In this document: piece by piece, positions 56,668-64,000 of the stretch
Layout: every line of letters starts with the position of its first letter
Position numbering within the stretch: the first letter of the stretch is position 1
Assembly (NCBI GenBank): GCA_934533005.1
Contig: CAKTBC010000002.1
Coordinates: 3,702-67,701 of the forward strand
Direction of reading: 5' to 3'
Source: an uncultured Oscillospiraceae bacterium
Lineage (GTDB): Bacteria > Bacillota > Clostridia > Oscillospirales > Oscillospiraceae
Length of the DNA stretch: 64,000 nucleotides
Notes under the pieces: model-generated
What the model was told of the DNA's origin: nothing
Database searches by the model: none
The model's input: only the letters and a program-made list of their open reading frames with translations
Program-made: the position numbers and the translations under genes

Positions 56668-57390
56668 TTACAGGGTGAACAGCTTGCCGAGCTTCGGCAT
56701 CTTCGTGCCGATCCGGCAGTGCCGCAGCGCACTCCAGAGCGTCGCCTGATGACTGGTGATCACGGGGATGCCCATGTTCTTTTCCAGATCATCGATGATC
56801 TCCATCGTGGTCAGACCCATGCAGCTCAGGAAAAAGGTATCCGCACCCTTCAGATCCATGCGAGTGGCGTTCCGATACAGGAAAACCTCGTCCGCATCCT
56901 CAAAGCTCAGTCCGTCGGCGCGGCTGAACGGGCTCATGTCCATGCCGACGATGTTCGTCACTTCAAAGCCATTGTCCTCAAGGAATTTCTTCTCGGCCTC
57001 GTTCGTCGCCTCAGGATAGGGCGTGAGGACGGCCACCTTTTTGGTGCCCAGCGCACGGAGGCCTTCCAGCACGGCGGTGCTCGTCGTGAGGCCGGGGATA
57101 CCGGAGGCGCGCTCGATCTGGTTGATGCACTCCTGATCCCAGCCGACACCCTTGATGCAGCTGCCGGACGTGCAGCCAAACACCACGAGCTGGTACGGCA
57201 TGCCCTTATATTTGGCCGCCGTCTCTTCGAGCTGGTCGGTAAGAATGGTCAGTCCCTCGGGCGTCGGGCCGGGAAAGTTGATCTTCATGGATGCAAAGGA
57301 TACGCCTTCCGGCGCATAGAGGTGAAACGCGTGCTCGGCATTCTCGCTCATGGGAGTGATCAGGCCGATCTTTGCTCTCCAACCATACAT
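56668..57390 (-). CDS. Asp/Glu/hydantoin racemase superfamily protein (maleate isomerase-like), paralog 2
   Basis: YGWRAKIGLITP, FGCTSGS, FLSCMGL, PVITSHQA. Roughly 60% identical by eye to paralog 1. Confidence 0.75.
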   Translation of the reverse strand: MYGWRAKIGLITPMSENAEHAFHLYAPEGVSFASMKINFPGPTPEGLTILTDQLEETAAKYKGMPYQLVVFGCTSGSCIKGVGWDQECINQIERASGIPGLTTSTAVLEGLRALGTKKVAVLTPYPEATNEAEKKFLEDNGFEVTNIVGMDMSPFSRADGLSFEDADEVFLYRNATRMDLKGADTFFLSCMGLTTMEIIDDLEKNMGIPVITSHQATLWSALRHCRIGTKMPKLGKLFTL

Positions 57391-57844
57391 AAGCTTTGTT
57401 TCCTTTCTGGCGCATCGGTTTGCTTTTCGCAGCGCAATTAATAAAGGTGTAAGCGGCTTGCCGCGCGCCGGTCATTTTCGGATAGTGCAGGGGATATCTC
57501 CACCGCACATACCGCTCTCTTCGTCTCCTATTTTCGTCAAAGGACGGCGTAATGTCAAAGCGTAATGCTCCGTATCCCATATTTCGACGCTTCTGATATC
57601 CCATACCAAAAAACCTAATAGCCAAAGCGGTTGATTCCGGGGGACATCTGTTTTATGATGACGGCGGAATCCGGTAATCGGCCGCGCCGCTGTCCGGCGG
57701 CAGATCAGCAGGTTTCCGAACTTCTCCATTTGTCCGCAAGCCGTGCGTACCGCTCTCTTCAAATCCGCAGTCCACGACTTGACGGCAGAGAGGATAAAGG
57801 AGCTTCCCCGCAACAGGCTCCGCTCTGCATCCTGAGAAAAGAAA

Positions 57845-59350
57845 ATGAAAGGGATGTTCACTCAAATGGAAAAGATTTCTGCTTCCGTTCCCGCGAAGAG
57901 AAAGGGCTACACGCCCATGCAGTGGGTCCACATGGTCATCACGCTGGCGCTCATGTTCCTCTTCGGCTACCTTCCCCCGTTCGCGACCGTCACCCCGCTC
58001 GGCATGAAGCTGCTCGGCGTCTTCATCGGCGTCATTTACGGCTACTCCGCCTGCGGCGACATCATCTGGCCGTCTCTGTTCGCGATCATCGCGTTCGGCA
58101 TCAGCGGCTACTCCAGCATGGCGCAGGTCATCACCAACGGCCTCGGCCATAACGTCGTGTTCCAGAGCATCGTCGGCTTCGTGGCCGCCGGTTCCCTCTC
58201 CTACTACGGCTTCGGCAAGTGGTTCGTCCGCTGGTCTCTCTCCAAGCCCATCTTCAAGAAGAGCCCGATGCTCTATGTCTGGGCCTTCTTCGTGATCTTC
58301 GGTCTGTCCTGCGTCGTCGTCAACCAGATCGTCCTCTCCCTGATCCTCTACGGCATCTGGAACGACATCGCCGACAACTGCGGCTACGATGAGAAGAGCG
58401 GCTTCCGCTACGTCGGCTTCGGCGGCGTTATGCTCAGCACCGTGCTCGGCGGCGGCATGATCCCCTACCAGAGCTGGATGCTCGGCCTGGCGAACAATTG
58501 GTCCGCCTCTACCGGTACACAGCTGAACATGGGCGTCATGGCCTGCATCACTATCCCCACGACCGTCCTCATCATCACGGCTTACGTTTTCACCTCCAAG
58601 TGGCTATTCAAGATCGACTACAGCAAGATGCAGCGCTTCGATGAGACCAAGCTCGGCGAGGACAGCAAGGTCATGCGTCCCCGCGTCAAGCGCATCCTCA
58701 TCGTCTACTGCCTGACCGTTATCATCTGCATCCTCGGCAACACCCTCATCGGCTCCAAGCTCGCCACGCTCGTCAACCAGACCATCACGGTCGCCGGCTG
58801 CTACTGCATCTGCGCCGCCATCCTGCTCGTCCTTCCGAGCGGCGAAGGCGACGGACAGCCCTGCATCGTATTCAAGGAAGTCAAGAACACCGCCATCAGC
58901 TGGGAAGTCATTCTCATGTGCGCCGTGACGCTGCCGCTCTCGAGCGCCGTTACGAGCGAGGGCACCGGCGTTGTTCCCTGGATCAGCGGCGTGTTCGCCC
59001 CGATCTTCGCCGGAAAGGGTCCCGGCTTCATTCTTGTGTTCACGATCATCGTTTCCATGATCCTCACCAACCTCGGCTCGAACATCGCGTTCGGCTCGGC
59101 TCTGATCCCCATTATTGCTCCGTTCACCGTTGCCGCCGGCATGAACCCGACGCTCGCGGGCGCCGCTCTGATCTACATGGTCAACGTCGGCCTGATCCTC
59201 CCCGGCGCTTCCGCTCCTGCGGCCATCTTCCACTCCCAGCCGACGCTGCCCAACGGCGGCATGCGCATCAAGACGGCCTCGGTCGGCGCACTCTCTGTTC
59301 TTATTGTCGGCATCCCGGTGTTCCTGCTCATCAACCTGCTCGTCCACTGA
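57845..59350 (+). CDS. Ion-transporter-superfamily permease (CitMHS/DASS/ArsB-like anion transporter), substrate unknown
   Basis: 501 aa, about 12-14 TM segments with two-fold internal organisation. Divergent from the nine-gene operon. The exact start is uncertain (alternatives at 57854 and 57866). Confidence 0.6.
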   Translation: MKGMFTQMEKISASVPAKRKGYTPMQWVHMVITLALMFLFGYLPPFATVTPLGMKLLGVFIGVIYGYSACGDIIWPSLFAIIAFGISGYSSMAQVITNGLGHNVVFQSIVGFVAAGSLSYYGFGKWFVRWSLSKPIFKKSPMLYVWAFFVIFGLSCVVVNQIVLSLILYGIWNDIADNCGYDEKSGFRYVGFGGVMLSTVLGGGMIPYQSWMLGLANNWSASTGTQLNMGVMACITIPTTVLIITAYVFTSKWLFKIDYSKMQRFDETKLGEDSKVMRPRVKRILIVYCLTVIICILGNTLIGSKLATLVNQTITVAGCYCICAAILLVLPSGEGDGQPCIVFKEVKNTAISWEVILMCAVTLPLSSAVTSEGTGVVPWISGVFAPIFAGKGPGFILVFTIIVSMILTNLGSNIAFGSALIPIIAPFTVAAGMNPTLAGAALIYMVNVGLILPGASAPAAIFHSQPTLPNGGMRIKTASVGALSVLIVGIPVFLLINLLVH

Positions 59351-59429
59351 GTTTTTCGTATAGTCTCTAAACTCGTATAGTCACACAGTATCCCTCTCTT
59401 CCCTTCCTGCGCTGCCCAACTCCTGGCGA

Positions 59430-59472
59430 GGGGCTGAAAAAAACGGATCAAAACCCGGTTTCAGCCCCTTTC
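59430..59472 (+). terminator. Hairpin terminator after the permease gene
   Basis: Stem ggggctgaaa/tttcagcccc followed by ttt. Confidence 0.6.
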
Positions 59473-59514
59473 CGGCAGCAATGGATCGTGCTATAATGTA
59501 AAGGAGAATGTATT

Positions 59515-60585
59515 ATGGTTCGTAAAATTACCGTTATCGGCGCCGGTTCCACCGGCCACGCCGTTGCTTCCGTTATGTCCCAGCGCGGCTTTGAAGTCAC
59601 CTTCCACGACGACGAGCGCTTCGCTTCCCGCTTCCAGGATATTGAAGAGCTCGGCGGCATCACGCTGCGCGGCGGCATGCACGGCACGGGCAAGCCCGTG
59701 TGCATGACCACCGACCCCGAAAAGGCTGTCCGCGGAGCGGAAGTCATTTTCGTCCACGTCATGGCCGACCGCCACGAGGAGATTGCCCGCCGCATCGCCC
59801 CTTATGTGGAAGACGGCCAGCACATCCTCATCATCCCCGGCAACCTCGCCTCCTTCGTGTTCCGCAAGGTTTTCGACGAGATGGGCGTTACCGCCAAGGT
59901 CACCCTGACCGAGAAGGAAGGCAACTTCTGCCCCTGCCGTCTGACCGGCAAGGCCGAAGTCACGACCGGCATGCCTCTGAATCTCAAGGGCAAGGTTGCT
60001 TCCCTCCCCACCTCCGATACCGCGCGCGTGCTCAAGGATCTTGAGGGCGTCGTGGAATACACCGCCAACCGCAACGTCTTTGAAGGCGTCATCAACGCAG
60101 GCAACGTCATCAACCACATCGCGAGCACCGTTCTCTCCGCCGCGGAGATCGACCACAAGGGTCATGACTACTCCCTCTTCCAGTATGCCTTCACGCCGCG
60201 CGTTGTGCACTGCGTCGGCAAGATCCGCGAGGAGCGCAAGGCCGTTATCGAGGCCATGGGCATGACCGAGCACGGCAACCCGATGGGCATGATCGAAAAG
60301 GTGCAGCATCTCGACGAGCATCCCGAAGTTCACATCTTCTACAAGTACATGGACGGCCCCTTCGCGCTTGACCACCGCTATCTCCACGAGGACTGCGGCT
60401 GCGGCGGCGCGTTCGCCCTGTCCGTTGCGGAGCACCTCGGCATGGATATGCCGGTGCTGCGCTCCTTCCTCGGCGTAGCCGGAGCGATCAACGACCGCGA
60501 TTATATCCACGGCGGCCGCACGCTGGAGAATCTCGGCTTCCCGAAGGACATGCCGCTCGAAGAGATCTACAAGGCTATTGAATGA
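59515..60585 (+). CDS. NAD(P)-dependent octopine/nopaline (opine) dehydrogenase-family oxidoreductase
   Basis: N-terminal Rossmann KITVIGAGSTGHAVASVM. The central and C-terminal helical domain has NVINHIAS and DHRYLHEDCGCG motifs typical of the family. Own TGcTATAAT -10 box at about 59490. Confidence 0.7.
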   Translation: MVRKITVIGAGSTGHAVASVMSQRGFEVTFHDDERFASRFQDIEELGGITLRGGMHGTGKPVCMTTDPEKAVRGAEVIFVHVMADRHEEIARRIAPYVEDGQHILIIPGNLASFVFRKVFDEMGVTAKVTLTEKEGNFCPCRLTGKAEVTTGMPLNLKGKVASLPTSDTARVLKDLEGVVEYTANRNVFEGVINAGNVINHIASTVLSAAEIDHKGHDYSLFQYAFTPRVVHCVGKIREERKAVIEAMGMTEHGNPMGMIEKVQHLDEHPEVHIFYKYMDGPFALDHRYLHEDCGCGGAFALSVAEHLGMDMPVLRSFLGVAGAINDRDYIHGGRTLENLGFPKDMPLEEIYKAIE

Positions 60586-60645
60586 TCTTTAACAAAAGCT
60601 TTACGAAAAACCGCATATTTTCCCGAATTCCCGGTTAGAAGCACT

Positions 60646-60677
60646 ACAGGAGGAGTCGATTTTTCGACCCCTCCTGT
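60646..60677 (+). terminator. Hairpin terminator after the opine-dehydrogenase-like gene
   Basis: Stem acaggaggagtcga/tcgacccctcctgt (one mismatch). The T tract is weak. Confidence 0.5.
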
Positions 60678-60739
60678 TCGGCTATTTGAACGTAATCATT
60701 CTCATCGGAGAATAATAGAAAGAAAAGAGTGTGACGCTC

Positions 60740-61705
60740 ATGCAGTTGGAGTACTTCCCCTACATTCTGGAGATCGGCCGGCAGAAATCCGTTTCTGCCG
60801 CGGCGAAGGCTTTAAACCTTCGCCAGACGACGCTTAGCTCCATTCTCAGCTCGGTGGAAGAGGAGGTCGGCTTTTCCATTTTCTGCCGCACTCCGAACGG
60901 CATGGTGCCCACGATCCTCGGCGAGCAGTTTCTCGATGCGCTGCGCGACATCAACGTGCAGGCGGAGCTGCTCTACAGCCTTACGACACACGAGAGCGTT
61001 CATGCGCAGCCGGTGCATATCGTCGTCACGCCGGCGACCGGCGCGGGCGTTGCGCTCGAGCTTACACAGCGTTTTCACGCTTACGAGCTCAAATGCGATC
61101 TCTTTTTCGAGGAGCAGCCGCGTCCGGCGGCGCTGCCGATGATATTGCAGGGCAACGCAAATATCTGTCTTTTCTATGTCTCCGACAGTGAGATCAACGA
61201 GCTTCGGCAGGAGCTGGAGGAAAAGGGTCTGCATATCACGCCGCTGCTCGCTACGGAGTTCTGCGGCATCGTAACGCGCGACCATCCGCTCGCTAAGCTT
61301 GATGTGCTGCAAAAGGAGAATCTTTCCGCCTCCCCCATCATCACCGCCACCGGCTTTTTCTCCGGCGGCGCGCGCTTTGCCCGCTGGGCCTCGCAGCATT
61401 GCCAGATCACATCCGTTCCGAATTTCTATCTTCTCCGGTCGGTCATGGAGCAGGAAAACATGCTCGGCATCGGCACAGCTTTTACGTTTGCCGCCGCAAA
61501 GATCTACGATCCGGCGCGCCACAAGCTGCTTCACTTCTCCGAAGACCTTTTCTCTCCGCAGATGCACTATTGTCTTATACAGCGTGATGAATCCTATCTC
61601 CGATATCCGGAGAAGATCATGACCAACGAGATCCTGGACTATTTCCGCACGTTTTCCGCCGAGGAATACGGCGGACAGTTCATCGGCAAGGGGGAGGGCG
61701 CATGA
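60740..61705 (+). CDS. LysR-family transcriptional regulator 1
   Basis: MQLEYFPYILEIGRQKSVSAAAKALNLRQTTLSSILSSVEEEVG HTH plus a substrate-binding domain. A GTG at 60731 is an alternative start. Confidence 0.85.
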   Translation: MQLEYFPYILEIGRQKSVSAAAKALNLRQTTLSSILSSVEEEVGFSIFCRTPNGMVPTILGEQFLDALRDINVQAELLYSLTTHESVHAQPVHIVVTPATGAGVALELTQRFHAYELKCDLFFEEQPRPAALPMILQGNANICLFYVSDSEINELRQELEEKGLHITPLLATEFCGIVTRDHPLAKLDVLQKENLSASPIITATGFFSGGARFARWASQHCQITSVPNFYLLRSVMEQENMLGIGTAFTFAAAKIYDPARHKLLHFSEDLFSPQMHYCLIQRDESYLRYPEKIMTNEILDYFRTFSAEEYGGQFIGKGEGA

Positions 61706-62652
61706 GGCTCGAACATCTGCATTATCTGCTGTGCGTAGCACAGCATCACTCGATCTCCGCCGCCGCGCGCGAGCTTTTCATCAGCCAGACGGCTCTCTCC
61801 GCCATTGTGAACAAAACCGAGGACGAGCTCGGCTTCCCCGTTTTCGAGCGCGTGCGCGACGGTGTTGTCCCCACGGAGGAGGGCAAGGAGGTTCTCTCCA
61901 ATGCCTGGGACATTCTCTCGCGCTGGCAGGATGTCATTGCGCTGGGGACCGACGCCGAGAAGCGCCTGCTCCCGGTCAGCATTCTTGCCTCGCCGAGCGT
62001 TATGTGCGGTCTTACACTGCCGCTCACGCACTGGTATCAGGAAAAGGTGCCGCGCGGACAGCTCCGCTTTCACGAGGTCGTCGGCATGAAGGTCGGCTCG
62101 GAGATCGTACAGAGCAACTATAATATTGGCCTCACCTATTTCTCGCCGGACGGACTCGACGATTTTTCCTCCATGGCACAGAAATACCAGGTGCAGATCA
62201 CGCCGGTATACGACGATAAGCTCTATCTTATCGCGCGGCGCGATCACCCCATCTACCGGCAGAAAACCGTTGATATAATGTCGCTCACAAACGAGCGGTT
62301 CGCGATACTGCCGCAGTTTCTCTACAGCTACAGCCGCATCTTCTATTCGCAGAACATGGATCCGAGCAATCGCATCACGGTATACCCCAACGTCCCGCTT
62401 GTCAAAACGGCCGTGCTCCGCTGGAACGTCCTCGGCGTTATGAGCGGCTATGCCGCCACGCAGGATCACAGCGTGGAAAACGATGAGTTTTCGCTCGTAC
62501 CGCTTCCCGGTCAGGCGCGGGAAAATGGTCTGAAGCTCTATCTCATCCACCAGCGCCTCTCCAATCTGCACCAGAGCGAGAAAATCGCGCTCGAGTGCAT
62601 TCAGGAGTATTTCTCCTCCCTCCCCCCGCTCTCCGAGATCCTTCCGCAGTAG
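61702..62652 (+). CDS. LysR-family transcriptional regulator 2
   Basis: MRLEHLHYLLCVAQHHSISAAARELFISQTALSAIVNKTEDELG. ATGA overlap with the upstream LysR gene. Confidence 0.85.
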   Translation: MRLEHLHYLLCVAQHHSISAAARELFISQTALSAIVNKTEDELGFPVFERVRDGVVPTEEGKEVLSNAWDILSRWQDVIALGTDAEKRLLPVSILASPSVMCGLTLPLTHWYQEKVPRGQLRFHEVVGMKVGSEIVQSNYNIGLTYFSPDGLDDFSSMAQKYQVQITPVYDDKLYLIARRDHPIYRQKTVDIMSLTNERFAILPQFLYSYSRIFYSQNMDPSNRITVYPNVPLVKTAVLRWNVLGVMSGYAATQDHSVENDEFSLVPLPGQARENGLKLYLIHQRLSNLHQSEKIALECIQEYFSSLPPLSEILPQ

Positions 62653-62772
62653 ATCCCGGAGGAAGTCTGGTCAACCATAGCGTGCGCGTTCGGTTTTTCT
62701 TTACGCCCCGCAGGGACAATGCTATACTGCTTTCGTCGAGACATCTGCATTCGGAAACGAAGGGAGATTTTT

Positions 62773-63207
62773 ATGAGAAATTACGCGATAGAGCGGGAAA
62801 TGTACCGCCGGGCAGTAGAACTGATAGAAAAACGCTATCCCTCCGGCTGGGGCGGCGCGGGCGTCGTTCATACGTCCAACGGCAACTATTATACAAGCGT
62901 CAGCATCGAGACCGCCAACGCCTCCGCCACTTTATGCATTGAAACCGGCGCGATACTGGAAGCGCATAAATTCAATGAAAAAGTGACCCATTGCCTGTGT
63001 CTTGTCCGGGAGGATGAAACCTCCCCCTATCGGGTGTTATCCCCTTGCGGCATTTGTCAGGAGCGCCTGAGATACTGGGGCGAGGATGTACAGGTAGCAG
63101 TCACTACGGACGAAGAAGAGATCAAATTTGTGGAACTGCGGGAATTGCAGCCGTATCATTGGACAAAAGTCTACCCCGCGGAAGAGCTGGAGCATTGGGA
63201 AGCGTGA
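62773..63207 (+). CDS. Cytidine/blasticidin-S deaminase-fold protein
   Basis: Zn/catalytic motifs C-I-E (LCIETGAI) and SPCGICQERL. ATG follows AGGGAGA. Confidence 0.55.
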   Translation: MRNYAIEREMYRRAVELIEKRYPSGWGGAGVVHTSNGNYYTSVSIETANASATLCIETGAILEAHKFNEKVTHCLCLVREDETSPYRVLSPCGICQERLRYWGEDVQVAVTTDEEEIKFVELRELQPYHWTKVYPAEELEHWEA

Positions 63208-63327
63208 TTTAATCGAGGATTTCCTCCGCCGTGCAATACGAACGAGCTTTGGCTTTACAGGCCAGCAGAAAAGAGGTATATTGAAATCATACCACGGCAA
63301 AAACAGTATAAAAGGATGGAGAAAAAG

Positions 63328-64000
63328 ATGATCAAAAAACTATCTCTGGTACTGCTTATCGCCGCTCTTATGCTTACTGTGACCGGCTGCAGCGCCACCG
63401 ACTACAAAACCGCAACAGAACTCATGGATAATGGGAATCCAGCAGCAGCCTCTGAAATGTTCAAGGCTCTCGGCGACTATAAGGACAGCGCCTCCCTGGC
63501 AACGGCATGCGACTATGCGGTCGCAAAAAGCACTTATGATGCCGGAAACTTTGAACAGGCTGCCGCGCTTTTCACTGCTCTCGGCAGCTATGACGACAGC
63601 GAGGCGATGGCTTCTCAGGCCAGCGATAAAGCTTTGGCAAAAAAACTTGTCGGAAACTGGGTATCCAACGAGTTGGATGTAACAGCTATTTTCACACAGG
63701 CTCTATACACCGCCATTGACGACGATGAATCCTCCAAGGCGCTCCTGGATTGCATGGATTTGGGTGCTCTCACGTTGAAATATTCGCTTGAGTTCACCGA
63801 CAAGGGCACGTTCGTCATGTCGGCAGAAAACGGATCCGCTGCCGCATTGATCGATGCGTTCTATACCGCATTTACCGACGGGCTCGTCATATATCTGGAA
63901 AAAGAGATCCAGCAGGGCGCGGACATCAACGGTTATTCGGTCGAGGAGCTTTTGCAGGCATATGGATGCACGACGACACGCGAGCTCATTGAAGCCATGC
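63328..64000 (+). CDS. Lipoprotein, 3' end outside the window
   Basis: Not in the ORF track because no stop is reached. My own translation of frame 1 from the ATG at 63328 gives MIKKLSLVLLIAALMLTVTGCSATDYK... with lipobox LTVTGC and repeated LGDYKDS / LGSYDDS motifs. Open to base 64000. RBS AAAGGATGGAG. Confidence 0.7.
   Translation, partial: MIKKLSLVLLIAALMLTVTGCSATDYKTATELMDNGNPAAASEMFKALGDYKDSASLATACDYAVAKSTYDAGNFEQAAALFTALGSYDDSEAMASQASDKALAKKLVGNWVSNELDVTAIFTQALYTAIDDDESSKALLDCMDLGALTLKYSLEFTDKGTFVMSAENGSAAALIDAFYTAFTDGLVIYLEKEIQQGADINGYSVEELLQAYGCTTTRELIEAM

Noticed and set aside
57438-57452. TTA-N9-TAA sequence as a LysR T-N11-A box in the divergent control region.
   Set aside because: It is a single AT-rich match with weak dyad symmetry that could easily arise by chance. 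It is not reported as a feature.

Overview
High-GC (about 60%+) chromosomal segment of a spore-forming Firmicute. The evidence is an intact pro-sigma-K gene, a Bacillus-type large SRP RNA upstream of dnaX-ybaB, and GGAGG-type ribosome-binding sites. A Clostridia/Oscillospirales-like origin is inference only. About 60 genes were called. Many long ORFs in the six-frame track are antisense shadows of real genes, which is typical of GC-rich DNA, and are not reported. Housekeeping content: pcrA, dnaX-ybaB, SRP RNA, hppA, murF-ddl, murC, glpK, sigK, tRNA-Pro(GGG), and two ECF sigma/anti-sigma pairs. RNA elements: a textbook FMN riboswitch in front of ribU and a candidate Moco riboswitch in front of moeA-moaA. 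Accessory content: (i) an agmatine deiminase pathway cluster (RpiR regulator, aguA, APC antiporter, NhaC, putrescine carbamoyltransferase, carbamate kinase) next to the tRNA; (ii) a NahK-like kinase/nagA/CBM9-like trio; (iii) a decaying 3.3 kb patch with a twice-frameshifted AgrC-like histidine kinase, a LytTR regulator and a truncated, frameshifted ORF; (iv) a molybdenum cofactor biosynthesis operon with fused genes. The most interesting feature is directly upstream of (iv). It is a terminator-bounded nine-gene operon (47.2-57.4 kb) that pairs a cytoplasmic bis-MGD-type molybdoenzyme, its 4-cluster Fe-S subunit and an FAD/NAD(P)H oxidoreductase with two MmgE/PrpD paralogs, two maleate-isomerase-like paralogs, an ornithine-cyclodeaminase-family protein and MobA. 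A divergent arm encodes an ion-transporter-superfamily permease, an opine-dehydrogenase-family enzyme and twin LysR regulators. I do not recognise this combination as any characterised pathway. All calls rest on motif recognition by eye; no database search was possible.
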